A stretch of DNA of 64,000 bases, taken from IMG/VR virus record IMGVR_UViG_3300029922_000001, positions 62,001 to 126,000 of that record; one strand, written 5' to 3'. This document shows, piece by piece, positions 9,448-18,232 of the stretch (position 1 is its first letter; the number at the start of each line of letters is the position of its first letter). Below the pieces are notes generated by a model. It saw only the letters and a list, made by a program, of their open reading frames with translations. It ran no database searches and was not told the DNA's origin. The position numbers and the translations under genes are program-made.

Positions 9448-10548
9448 ATGAGAATTTTCCCAACAGCCCGTCAAGACAAACCATTAGAAGCCAAAGAAGT
9501 GCTTTCTACTATTAATTATGAAAACCTACCTGGTGCTATTGCTGACATTAGAAGTGGCAAGCACGAAACTCAATTAGATGATCTTTTAAAGGTTCTTTTA
9601 AGCGAAAAAAGTCAAAATTCACGTCTAGCTTCCAAAGATGAAGATGATGATGAAAATGATTTTACTGGTTTAGAAGATTCTCATGTTCATGATGAAGACG
9701 AAACACCAAGTAAAGGTAAATTTGCTAAAACATCTGACAACGAATGCAATAAACCAGAAAAAGGTAAGTTTGCTGATACTGATAATGATGACGAAAGCGA
9801 AGACAATGATGATGAAGAAGGCAAAGACGACGAAGACGATGACGAAGTTGAAGCTGATGCCGACATGGATACAGAAGCTAAATCTGGCGAAGAAAATAAA
9901 AAGCGCAAAGGCGTTTTCTCTGATGCTAAGAGAGTTATCCGTTTCACTAGCCCAGAACAAATTAGTGCTAGAGCATTGAATGAAGCACAAGCTGTTAACG
10001 ACCAAGTTCTAGTTAGAGCAATCTTATCCGCTAGAAATGATCGTCGTGTTGCTGTTGCTAAAAAGATTGTAGAAACAACTTCTACTCAAATGCAAAAAGA
10101 AGCACGTATCAACACAAAGACAACTAAGCAAGTTGCTGCTGCCGCAAAGAAAGAAGACGCACAAACAACTAAGCCTAAAACAGTTGCATCAACCACAACT
10201 CCTAAATCACGTAATGGATTTAAGACAGTTGATAAGATGTCTACTGCTGAAAAGAATCTATTCGCTTTAACTGCTAAAGAAAGTGGTTTACCAGAAGCTT
10301 ACATTCAAGCTTGTTTCGGTGTTAAATTTGCAGAAGCTGAAGATAGTTCACACGTCAAAGCTATCAAGTCTGTAATGGCTTCCAAGATGGATGCTGAAAC
10401 AAAGAAAGCCGCTGTAACAGCTATGATCAAAACTTCTATGTTAGATAAGGAATCTGAAAATCGTGTTATTCACTATTGGAAAGATGAACTTCACTATCAA
10501 GATACTGAATGGATCAAAGCTCTTGTAGAGGACTATAAAGCTGAGTAA
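9448..10548 (+). CDS. Acidic low-complexity hypothetical protein (scaffold/internal head-like)
   Basis: 366 aa with a D/E tract around residues 60-145 and RLAS, KFAE motifs; GGAG SD. Confidence 0.75.
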   Translation: MRIFPTARQDKPLEAKEVLSTINYENLPGAIADIRSGKHETQLDDLLKVLLSEKSQNSRLASKDEDDDENDFTGLEDSHVHDEDETPSKGKFAKTSDNECNKPEKGKFADTDNDDESEDNDDEEGKDDEDDDEVEADADMDTEAKSGEENKKRKGVFSDAKRVIRFTSPEQISARALNEAQAVNDQVLVRAILSARNDRRVAVAKKIVETTSTQMQKEARINTKTTKQVAAAAKKEDAQTTKPKTVASTTTPKSRNGFKTVDKMSTAEKNLFALTAKESGLPEAYIQACFGVKFAEAEDSSHVKAIKSVMASKMDAETKKAAVTAMIKTSMLDKESENRVIHYWKDELHYQDTEWIKALVEDYKAE

Positions 10549-10556
10549 TAAGGAGG

Positions 10557-10587
10557 TATCCCCCTTAGTTAAGAACTAAGGGGGATA
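10557..10587 (+). promoter_or_regulatory. Perfect 14-bp hairpin between an AGGAGG and the next start codon
   Basis: TATCCCCCTTAGTT-AAG-AACTAAGGGGGATA; AGGAGG at 10551-10556 abuts the 5' arm; ATG at 10597. Confidence 0.7.
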
Positions 10588-10596
10588 ATTTAAAAC

Positions 10597-10785
10597 ATGA
10601 GAAGCCCAATTCAAAGAGCAGAACAAGGTAATTTAGATCATTATATTAAGTATTTAGAAGAACATAAGAATACTTCTAATCCTTTTGCGGATTTATTCTT
10701 GGGACAAAAAAACGCTTCCGGTCCTGAAAATACTTACATTCAAGCAGGTACTTTGATTGACCTTAGCGAAAAGAATAATCATTAA
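10597..10785 (+). CDS. Small hypothetical protein
   Basis: 62-aa ORF filling the gap after the hairpin. Confidence 0.55.
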   Translation: MRSPIQRAEQGNLDHYIKYLEEHKNTSNPFADLFLGQKNASGPENTYIQAGTLIDLSEKNNH

Positions 10786-10795
10786 AGGAGTTAGA

Positions 10796-11659
10796 ATGGC
10801 TGAAATTAGAAAAGTATCACAATTAAATGAAATACCAGGTTACGTATCTGCTGCCTTCTTTGGCGAAGAAGAAGAAACAGATTTCGGTGGTAACCGTTAT
10901 GCGTCCTTAAAGGAAAATTCCGTTGGACGTAGATCAATTATTTCTAAAGAACAAAAAGCATGGGAACAAGAACGTTCTGCAAGCACCAAACGTCAAAGTT
11001 GGGAAAGAGATGATAGCCCTAGTGATGACGATAGTATGGCACAATTTTTGAAGAAGTTCCAAAGTCGTGGAGCATCAAGAATCGTACAAGATACTGATGA
11101 TTATAATTCTGGTTACCGTCCTAATCCTTCCAATAACCTAAACGATCCAGTCAACTTCTTTAATGCTGGTGGCGGTATTTTTGGTGATCTTGAATCCGCT
11201 GTTGCTGAAGGTATGGATAGAGAAATGGGAAAGAGAGTTGCCAAGTCTCAAATCAAGCATAACGAAGCATACAATCAAGCTTTAGAAGAAGAACGTAAGA
11301 ATCAATACAAAAAAGTTCTACGTGGAAGACAAGAAGTATTGGCTCATGGTAATGCTTTAATGGCTAACCGTGCTAAAGCGATTTTCCGTAATGGTGAAGA
11401 TGAAGCTATTGGTAGCTCTTTTGGTATGATGGATATGCACTCCGTTATGGCTAGAGAAGAACAGAGAGTCAGAATGGCAGAAAATAATCGTCAAGAAAGA
11501 TTAAGAATTCGTAGAGATACCGGTGAAGAATTAACCAATAATAACAATAAAGATTGGGAAGATAACATTAACTACGGAAGACAATCTTATCAAGATGCTG
11601 ACTTAGGATGGGTTGACTTCATTCCATACGGTCACTCAGAAGGTTTCGAAAGAGATTAA
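10796..11659 (+). CDS. Hypothetical protein (charged, helical)
   Basis: AAGGAG SD before ATG 10796 (MAEIRKVSQ). Confidence 0.75.
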   Translation: MAEIRKVSQLNEIPGYVSAAFFGEEEETDFGGNRYASLKENSVGRRSIISKEQKAWEQERSASTKRQSWERDDSPSDDDSMAQFLKKFQSRGASRIVQDTDDYNSGYRPNPSNNLNDPVNFFNAGGGIFGDLESAVAEGMDREMGKRVAKSQIKHNEAYNQALEEERKNQYKKVLRGRQEVLAHGNALMANRAKAIFRNGEDEAIGSSFGMMDMHSVMAREEQRVRMAENNRQERLRIRRDTGEELTNNNNKDWEDNINYGRQSYQDADLGWVDFIPYGHSEGFERD

Positions 11660-11667
11660 ACATTACA

Positions 11668-12585
11668 ATGGCTAAGAAAACTGCTCAATATTACAATCCA
11701 TCAACTCCTGAAAATTTGCTATTGCAACCAGGAGTTGATGGTCTTGGCAATGCTACTAATGGTGTATTGAGTCCTAGAGAACTATATGATTCATTAAAAA
11801 AAGTTCTTGAAAATACTGATCCAGAATTAGTTCTTGATGAATTAGAAGCAGTTTTAGAAAAATCGAGTAATCCAGACATTAAAGCTCAAATTCAAAGCGT
11901 TATTGATGCTGAAAAATTTGAAGGACATGGCAAGCCAAAAACACAAAACCTAGACACTGGAGAATTTCACAAAGATGGTCCTGCAAGGGCTAGAGAATTA
12001 ATGGAGGATCTGAAACCAATGATCAAAGCAGAAGAACAACAGCCACAACAGCAACAACAACAGTCACCACAGCCACAGCAACAACAGCAAGTAGTGGCTA
12101 AAGTTAGAAAGAATGATAAGCCAGCTAAGGATGACAGTAGAGGCAATCCTTTCAAGGTTTTGCTTGGTCAAATTGGTAAATTAAAGGATCATGGCGCAAG
12201 TGATAGTGAAGTTAAGAAATTCTTACGTAAAGATGGTATTTTTGGTGATGATATAATTGATAAAGGTCTTAAAATCTATAAAGATTTACAAAAAAAGAAA
12301 TCTAAAACACCAAAGAAAGCTTTTAATCTTAATGAATATCGTATCGCATTAGCTGCATCCGAAAAAGAGCCTGAAACAATTTATGATGTTCCACCTGATT
12401 TCATCAAGAGAAGCACTAATGAATTGATGGCACGTTTAGGTTGGTTAAAGTCATTAGAATCAATGACTAAAGACTCTCCCATAGGTGAAGGTAGAGAAGC
12501 TTTTAGTAAAGAAGGCGCTTCTGAGGAAATTACTAAAATTAAAAAAGCTTTACGTAGTAGAGGATTTGACGAATCTGAAATCTAA
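11668..12585 (+). CDS. Hypothetical protein with poly-Gln tract
   Basis: Starts MAKKTAQ; EEQQPQQQQQQSPQPQQQQQ near 12031-12090. Confidence 0.75.
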   Translation: MAKKTAQYYNPSTPENLLLQPGVDGLGNATNGVLSPRELYDSLKKVLENTDPELVLDELEAVLEKSSNPDIKAQIQSVIDAEKFEGHGKPKTQNLDTGEFHKDGPARARELMEDLKPMIKAEEQQPQQQQQQSPQPQQQQQVVAKVRKNDKPAKDDSRGNPFKVLLGQIGKLKDHGASDSEVKKFLRKDGIFGDDIIDKGLKIYKDLQKKKSKTPKKAFNLNEYRIALAASEKEPETIYDVPPDFIKRSTNELMARLGWLKSLESMTKDSPIGEGREAFSKEGASEEITKIKKALRSRGFDESEI

Positions 12586-12607
12586 ATAGTATTGAGAGGT
12601 TTAAAGA

Positions 12608-14029
12608 ATGAGAAAAACAGCAGGACACGAAGAAATTATCCACAGTGACACTTTTCCCAGTGCAACAGATAAGTACGATCCATGCGGAGATGATGCTAAA
12701 GATTACGAAACCTTAGAAGGCGAAAATCGTCGTGAGGAATCTTTTGATCATTCTATGGAAAATCAAGGTTGCGAAGGTGAAGGTGGTGCTGAAATAGATG
12801 GTAGTAAATTACTTAACATCTTTGAAAATGCTGTAACTCCTGTTTTTGAAAAATTACTTGATGGTCACGCTGAAGAAGGCGAAACTATTGAAGAAGACGT
12901 GAAACATGGTCCTTCTAGTAGCGTTAAGGTAATGAAGATTGACAATCCTTTAGATGTTTTCGGAAATGATGATTTTGATCATGGTTGTCCAGTTATTCAA
13001 CAATTAGAAAAAAGCTTAGGTGGCGATTTACCAACTAAACTACAGCCTTTATTTGATTGGGATGAAATAAGTGAAGAAGGCGATGAAAATAAAGAAGGTT
13101 TAATGCAATTAGCAAACACCTATAATCAATTTGTCAAACACTTATCTAAACTAGTGGAAGCACAAAAACTTTCTAACTTGAGAATGGCTTATTCTTACTT
13201 AAACAAGACTATTCAAGATCCAACTAATGTCGAAGTTAAATACAAGGCATTAAACAGTTTGAGAACCGCACAAAAGTATAGCAATAATCCAACAGAAATT
13301 GCTATACTTAGCAAAGCAGTTGATGCTGTCTTGAAAGGCACTCCAGAATTTTTAGATGCTGCTAAATACAGAACTCACCAAGTTTTCGCTTCCAATGTTG
13401 TAGCACCTAATATTAGAACAGCTTACACTACATTAGCTACTCAACCTGGTGAAGACTTCCTAATGTGTCCTAAAGGTTTGGATATGTTAGGTTATCCTAT
13501 TGCTATGGAAATTAGCAAGTGTAGAGATAATTGTATTGATAGTAGAGTAAATAGAGAATCAGGTGCAATCACTTGTGGCTATAAAGCTTGGATTAATAAT
13601 GTTGCTGATTCTAATAAGAAAGCAATGGCAAGATTAGATGTTCACAGACACCCAGATAATAAGAATAGCTTATTGTCTCTAAAGGCTGGTGAAAGAGGAC
13701 ATGATGATCCTACAATTACTACCGAAGCATCAATGAAGAAAGCAAAGCTTAACGATTCTAAAGTTTCAGATAAGACCTTAGCTGTTCAATTAGATGAATT
13801 CCATAAAGATGGCGAAAGATTGCAAGATCAAAAAGAAAAGGCAGAAAAGAAGGTTAAAGAATCCGATCTTCATGGTGTTGATGCTAGAAATACCAATAAA
13901 GATTCAGATGATAAAAGCTTCTTTGCTGGAATCGAAAAAAATCACAAAGCATTAACTGACGAAGATGTTAATAGATCACTTAATGCATGGTTAAACAAGC
14001 ATAGAGAAGACAATAAAAAGGGGAAATAA
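12608..14029 (+). CDS. Hypothetical protein with Cys-containing central domain
   Basis: Starts MRKTAG; RMAY, RTAQ, RTAY motifs; CPKG...KCRDNC...TCGYKAW segment. Confidence 0.75.
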   Translation: MRKTAGHEEIIHSDTFPSATDKYDPCGDDAKDYETLEGENRREESFDHSMENQGCEGEGGAEIDGSKLLNIFENAVTPVFEKLLDGHAEEGETIEEDVKHGPSSSVKVMKIDNPLDVFGNDDFDHGCPVIQQLEKSLGGDLPTKLQPLFDWDEISEEGDENKEGLMQLANTYNQFVKHLSKLVEAQKLSNLRMAYSYLNKTIQDPTNVEVKYKALNSLRTAQKYSNNPTEIAILSKAVDAVLKGTPEFLDAAKYRTHQVFASNVVAPNIRTAYTTLATQPGEDFLMCPKGLDMLGYPIAMEISKCRDNCIDSRVNRESGAITCGYKAWINNVADSNKKAMARLDVHRHPDNKNSLLSLKAGERGHDDPTITTEASMKKAKLNDSKVSDKTLAVQLDEFHKDGERLQDQKEKAEKKVKESDLHGVDARNTNKDSDDKSFFAGIEKNHKALTDEDVNRSLNAWLNKHREDNKKGK

Positions 14030-14383
14030 ATGAACAGGAAATTAGTATTACAGAAATTATGCATAGCGGCAAATGAATTAGATGGTCATCAATTCAAAAA
14101 AGAAGTTGATGCTATTACTGTTATTATGAGAAGGGTAGCAGGTATGTATGATGATATTAGTCATGAAGAAAACTGGCATCAAGTTGACCAAAGTCATAAA
14201 GAACCTTTTGACGGCGAAGAAGAAAATGAATTAGATATGCAAAATAATCTCCCTGATGAACGTTCACAATGTGAATTACTAATAAAATGGCTGAAGCTTA
14301 AAGGAATAGAAATTACTAATAAACACATAGCTTATGATAAAGAATTTCTAAGTAAACTTTATCAATCAGTATATTCCTTATAA
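14030..14383 (+). CDS. Hypothetical protein with N-terminal helical tag
   Basis: IAANELDGHQFKKEVDAIT then RRVAG. Confidence 0.7.
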   Translation: MNRKLVLQKLCIAANELDGHQFKKEVDAITVIMRRVAGMYDDISHEENWHQVDQSHKEPFDGEEENELDMQNNLPDERSQCELLIKWLKLKGIEITNKHIAYDKEFLSKLYQSVYSL

Positions 14384-14393
14384 AGATGTAATT

Positions 14394-14828
14394 ATGTGGT
14401 ATAAAAAGGCTTTAGCTCAATCTTCGGGTTTTAGGATTGCATTACAAAATGAACCAGTGCAAACGCTTCAAGACTTAATGCAAGCCTTTCCACAACTTGC
14501 TCAAATGAACACTCAACAAATTGCAGAGTTCATCAGTAAAAATTTAGATGCTAGTACATCACCTACTGATGTTAATAAGTTATTACAACAAGCAACAAAT
14601 GCACCTGATCCTGATAATAGTAGCACGGAATCTAAATTGGATATGGGTTTACACCAACAATATGAAGGTAATACTAATATTAATCCTCATGGTGTTCCAC
14701 AAGATATGAATCCGCAAATTATATGGCAAGGTATGCCTCAATATCAAACAGTAGGCGCACGTATTGAAAATCCTAATCTACCTACAGATAAAACATTTGT
14801 AGGAACCACAATAGGAAGTTCCGTGTAA
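14394..14828 (+). CDS. Hypothetical protein with MWYKKA N-terminus
   Basis: 144 aa, MWYKKALAQ; Gln/Pro/Asn-rich. Confidence 0.7.
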   Translation: MWYKKALAQSSGFRIALQNEPVQTLQDLMQAFPQLAQMNTQQIAEFISKNLDASTSPTDVNKLLQQATNAPDPDNSSTESKLDMGLHQQYEGNTNINPHGVPQDMNPQIIWQGMPQYQTVGARIENPNLPTDKTFVGTTIGSSV

Positions 14829-14850
14829 ATAAATTGTATAACAAAACATC

Positions 14851-17475
14851 ATGAGTGAAAAAAATATTCCATTAAGGCAAGTTCTGTCCGAGACTGCACA
14901 AAATGTGACAAGAAATGGTAACAAGCAAAAAGTATCTGTTAATGAAGCAATCATTAACAATGCAATGGACGTTATGGTTCCATTTCCTCGTCCTCATGCA
15001 ACTTCCTTTGAAGGTCGTGGTGCTTCTAGAGATCAAGGTTTAACAAGAACAGCCAATAGAATGAATCGTATTGCTTTTGGTGGAATGGGCGGCGGTGGTA
15101 TGGGTGGCGGTATGGGTGGAACTATTTCCACTCCACCACAATTTTATAGACCACAGTTAACCTCTATTGCTTTTAACACTGTTACACAAAGAAAAGAAGT
15201 ATATAACCAAGTTGATTGGTGGTTAAGAAATGAACCTATTATTGCTGCTGCTATTTTATTCTATTCTAGATTTCCCTTTTCTGGTTGGAAATTAGAAGGT
15301 TGCACCAGTTATGTAAAAGAATATTTCGAAAAGTTAATTGCTAAACTAGAGTTTGCTAAATGGCTACCATTAATTGCACAAGAATACTATGCAATGGGAG
15401 ACTGTTTTGTACAAGCTGAAATTAATTGTCCACTTTGTCATGGAAGTATGCAAGATGAATCAGGACAACCATGTAAGCATGAAGGTGCTGTTTGGAAAAA
15501 TCTTTACGTACATGATCCATCTTCTATCGAAGTAAGTAATGCTTATCCTGGTATGCCACCACAATACTACTTAACACCAACAGAAGAAATGAAAAGAGTT
15601 GTTATGGAAAAGCATCCTCGTGAACATTATGAGGCAATTCCAAATAAACTCAAGATGACTATTGCACAAGGTAATCCTATTCCTTTAGATCCTAGTTGTC
15701 TTACACACTTTAAACATTTTGGTAATGCTTATGCACCTTTTGGCAACTCTTTAATTAAGCCACTATTTCCATTGCTTATGTATAAAGATAGATTGCGCCA
15801 AGCACAATGGTTAATTGCAGAGAGGCACATTCTACCCATCAAAATCGTTAAGTTGGGTTCTGATAAGCGTTATGCTGGTGAAGCCGATCTACAGGCAGTA
15901 CAAGAGGAATTAGCAGCAGTTGCTAACGATCCATTCTTGACCTTAGTCGTACCTCATGACTTTGATTTTGAATTTTACGGTGCAACAGGTAAAGTACTTC
16001 AAATTACAGAAGAATTTGGACTTATTGAAAAAGAAATGATCAATGGTTTGATGCTTAACCAAGCTATTCTTAGTGGTGAAGGTCCTTCATACGCTAATGC
16101 TTCTATCGGTTTACTTGTTATGGCAAGACGTTTAGAAGAATTTAGAAATATAGTTGCAGAATGGATTCAAGAAAAATTATTCAAACCTGTTGCTATGTGG
16201 AACGGTTTCGAAGAAGAAGATGATACAGGTACTACTAAATATATTTATCCTAAGATTAAGTTTGATGACTTACAACTTAAAGATAACACTGGAACACTAC
16301 AGATTGTTATGCAATGTGTTGCTCAAGGATTCTTACCAGTACAAACTATTGTTGAAATGTTAGACTTAGATTGGGATACTCAAGTTGAAAGATTACGCTT
16401 TGAACAATCTATCAATATTATGCAAACCCCATCTGTTACTGGTACTGATATGGGAACAGGATTTAGAGGTCCAATGGGTGCGGATATGTCAGGTGGAATG
16501 GCTCAACAAGCTGGATTACCACCATTACCAATGGGTGGAATGGGTGCTGGTGCATCTGGAAATCCTGGTGGTGCTGGTGGCGGTGGTGCTTTGCCAGGTC
16601 AAGGAAACATCCCAGCAGTAGCTACAATACATTCACCTTGGGCTAGAGTTGCACAAGAAGTTCCTGAAGCTTACAGAATCGCACAAGATTTAACACGTCA
16701 CATTTATAACGAATACAATTTCTCTCAAGTTGATCAAACTAGTAGAGATAAAGGTAGTTATTCTTTGGTTAGAACCGCAGAAGAAAGTATTGGTATGTAC
16801 CGTAAAGCACATGCTATTACTAAAGAAGTATTTATGGAAGCATTAGATAATCCTAGATACAAGCGTAAGGCATCTAGAATCAAGAGTGCGGCTCATGCTA
16901 AGTTCTTAGAAACAGTTCGCCCTATTACTGGTAGAGGTTTCGATAAGCAACTATTACCTGAAAATGAAGTTTACTTTGTTGATTTTGGTAATTTTGTAGG
17001 AACTGGCGTACCAATGAACCGTCTCGCTATTAGAGATTACTTCTTTGATGATTCAGTACAAGAAATTGATGGCGTCAGAGTTGTAACTGCTCAAAGAAAG
17101 CCACAAGTTAATTTGCCTAAAGAGTACTTTACCAGTATCGAACAAGCACTTTACAATATCGTACTTGAAGCTGGTATTCCTTATGCATTTTATGCACAAT
17201 TTGCGGCTGGACCTGATGGTAAATACAAGATTGATGGTGCTTTCCCAGCAATTAAATTAGGGTTTGAAGCTGACTCAGAATCTTTCCACTCTCATGATGA
17301 TCAAATTGCTAGAGATAGACAAAGGGATCAAGAGTTAATGTCTCAAGGTTGGACAATTATGAGATTTACAGATCACGACATTAAACAAAAAGATAAAGAG
17401 GTACTTCGTGTTATCCAAGAAGTTGCATCAAAAATCATGGGACAATCCAGTAACTCCAATACTATCCAACTTTAA
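14851..17475 (+). CDS. Portal protein with C-terminal DUF559-like endonuclease domain
   Basis: Portal-like segments NEPIIAAAILFYSRFP, YAPFGNSLIKPLF..L..KDRLRQAQ, PIKIVKLG, IINGL-like region; position between terL and protease. C-terminus YKIDGAFPAIKLGFEADSESFH..RDRQRDQELMSQGWTIMRF is DUF559-like. Confidence 0.82.
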   Translation: MSEKNIPLRQVLSETAQNVTRNGNKQKVSVNEAIINNAMDVMVPFPRPHATSFEGRGASRDQGLTRTANRMNRIAFGGMGGGGMGGGMGGTISTPPQFYRPQLTSIAFNTVTQRKEVYNQVDWWLRNEPIIAAAILFYSRFPFSGWKLEGCTSYVKEYFEKLIAKLEFAKWLPLIAQEYYAMGDCFVQAEINCPLCHGSMQDESGQPCKHEGAVWKNLYVHDPSSIEVSNAYPGMPPQYYLTPTEEMKRVVMEKHPREHYEAIPNKLKMTIAQGNPIPLDPSCLTHFKHFGNAYAPFGNSLIKPLFPLLMYKDRLRQAQWLIAERHILPIKIVKLGSDKRYAGEADLQAVQEELAAVANDPFLTLVVPHDFDFEFYGATGKVLQITEEFGLIEKEMINGLMLNQAILSGEGPSYANASIGLLVMARRLEEFRNIVAEWIQEKLFKPVAMWNGFEEEDDTGTTKYIYPKIKFDDLQLKDNTGTLQIVMQCVAQGFLPVQTIVEMLDLDWDTQVERLRFEQSINIMQTPSVTGTDMGTGFRGPMGADMSGGMAQQAGLPPLPMGGMGAGASGNPGGAGGGGALPGQGNIPAVATIHSPWARVAQEVPEAYRIAQDLTRHIYNEYNFSQVDQTSRDKGSYSLVRTAEESIGMYRKAHAITKEVFMEALDNPRYKRKASRIKSAAHAKFLETVRPITGRGFDKQLLPENEVYFVDFGNFVGTGVPMNRLAIRDYFFDDSVQEIDGVRVVTAQRKPQVNLPKEYFTSIEQALYNIVLEAGIPYAFYAQFAAGPDGKYKIDGAFPAIKLGFEADSESFHSHDDQIARDRQRDQELMSQGWTIMRFTDHDIKQKDKEVLRVIQEVASKIMGQSSNSNTIQL

Positions 17476-17497
17476 TAAGTTGGATAGATTGCCTGGA

Positions 17498-18124
17498 ATG
17501 CAATTAGGTCATTATTTCAAAGAAAATTATTACTTTATTGAATATAATGCCTTGCCAGAAAACTTATTACTACAAAAAAATAAGTTTCACACTAATTTAC
17601 TTCAAGCTGTTGACTGCATAGAGTCTAACAATAAATATTATGTTGTGTATCCTTTTATTCAAAACAAATACGATTTGATGAAATTGGAATATAATGATAA
17701 ATACACAAAAATAAAACAAATTGTTGATGTTATTAGAGTATTGCACGATGAAAATTTAATTCATGGAGATATACAGCGTAGAAACATCTTAATTGATGAA
17801 GATATACATTTGATTGATCTAGAAACACTGTCCATTAATGACACAATTAGTACTCAGTTTTTAAAAGTACCAGAATTGGTTTATGGTGGGAATTTAAATA
17901 AGCAAACTGACATTTACATGCTCTGTTTATTAATTTACGAAGTTTTAAACGAAAGTGTTATACCAATATTAAAAACCCCATTAGCTTCTATATGCTATTA
18001 CAACACGCTCCAACCTGTCCGCAACAGGTTAAATAAAACACTTTTCGATGTTATCCAAACAGGTTTATCTCCAAACCCCTTAGAACGTAAAGTGGATGTT
18101 CAAGAAATTTATAATTCTTTTTAG
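17498..18124 (+). CDS. Ser/Thr protein kinase-like protein with short N-lobe
   Basis: HGDIQRRNILID catalytic loop, IDLE in place of DFG, VPE, TDIYML..LIYE, LSPNPLER; no Gly-rich loop visible. Start uncertain (17408-17498). Confidence 0.7.
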   Translation: MQLGHYFKENYYFIEYNALPENLLLQKNKFHTNLLQAVDCIESNNKYYVVYPFIQNKYDLMKLEYNDKYTKIKQIVDVIRVLHDENLIHGDIQRRNILIDEDIHLIDLETLSINDTISTQFLKVPELVYGGNLNKQTDIYMLCLLIYEVLNESVIPILKTPLASICYYNTLQPVRNRLNKTLFDVIQTGLSPNPLERKVDVQEIYNSF

Positions 18125-18139
18125 ATTTTTTGAAAAAAT

Positions 18140-18165
18140 AAAGGTTTTGCCTATGAATTTTAGAA
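18140..18165 (+). promoter_or_regulatory. Putative promoter AAAGGTTTT-N14-GAA, flanked by a 14-bp inverted repeat
   Basis: Intergenic upstream of the protease; arms at 18124-18137 and 18183-18196. Confidence 0.65.
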
Positions 18166-18232
18166 AGGTGAAATATATGTGGTTTTTCAAAAAATCATTT
18201 CTGAGCATCGTTTAAGGGAGCCAAAAGAAAAC

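Noticed and set aside
13680-13830. Similarity of the C-terminus of 12608-14029 to the RTG..E..L protease repeats
   Set aside because: Only a loose D/E..T..E..L resemblance; too weak to call without an alignment.
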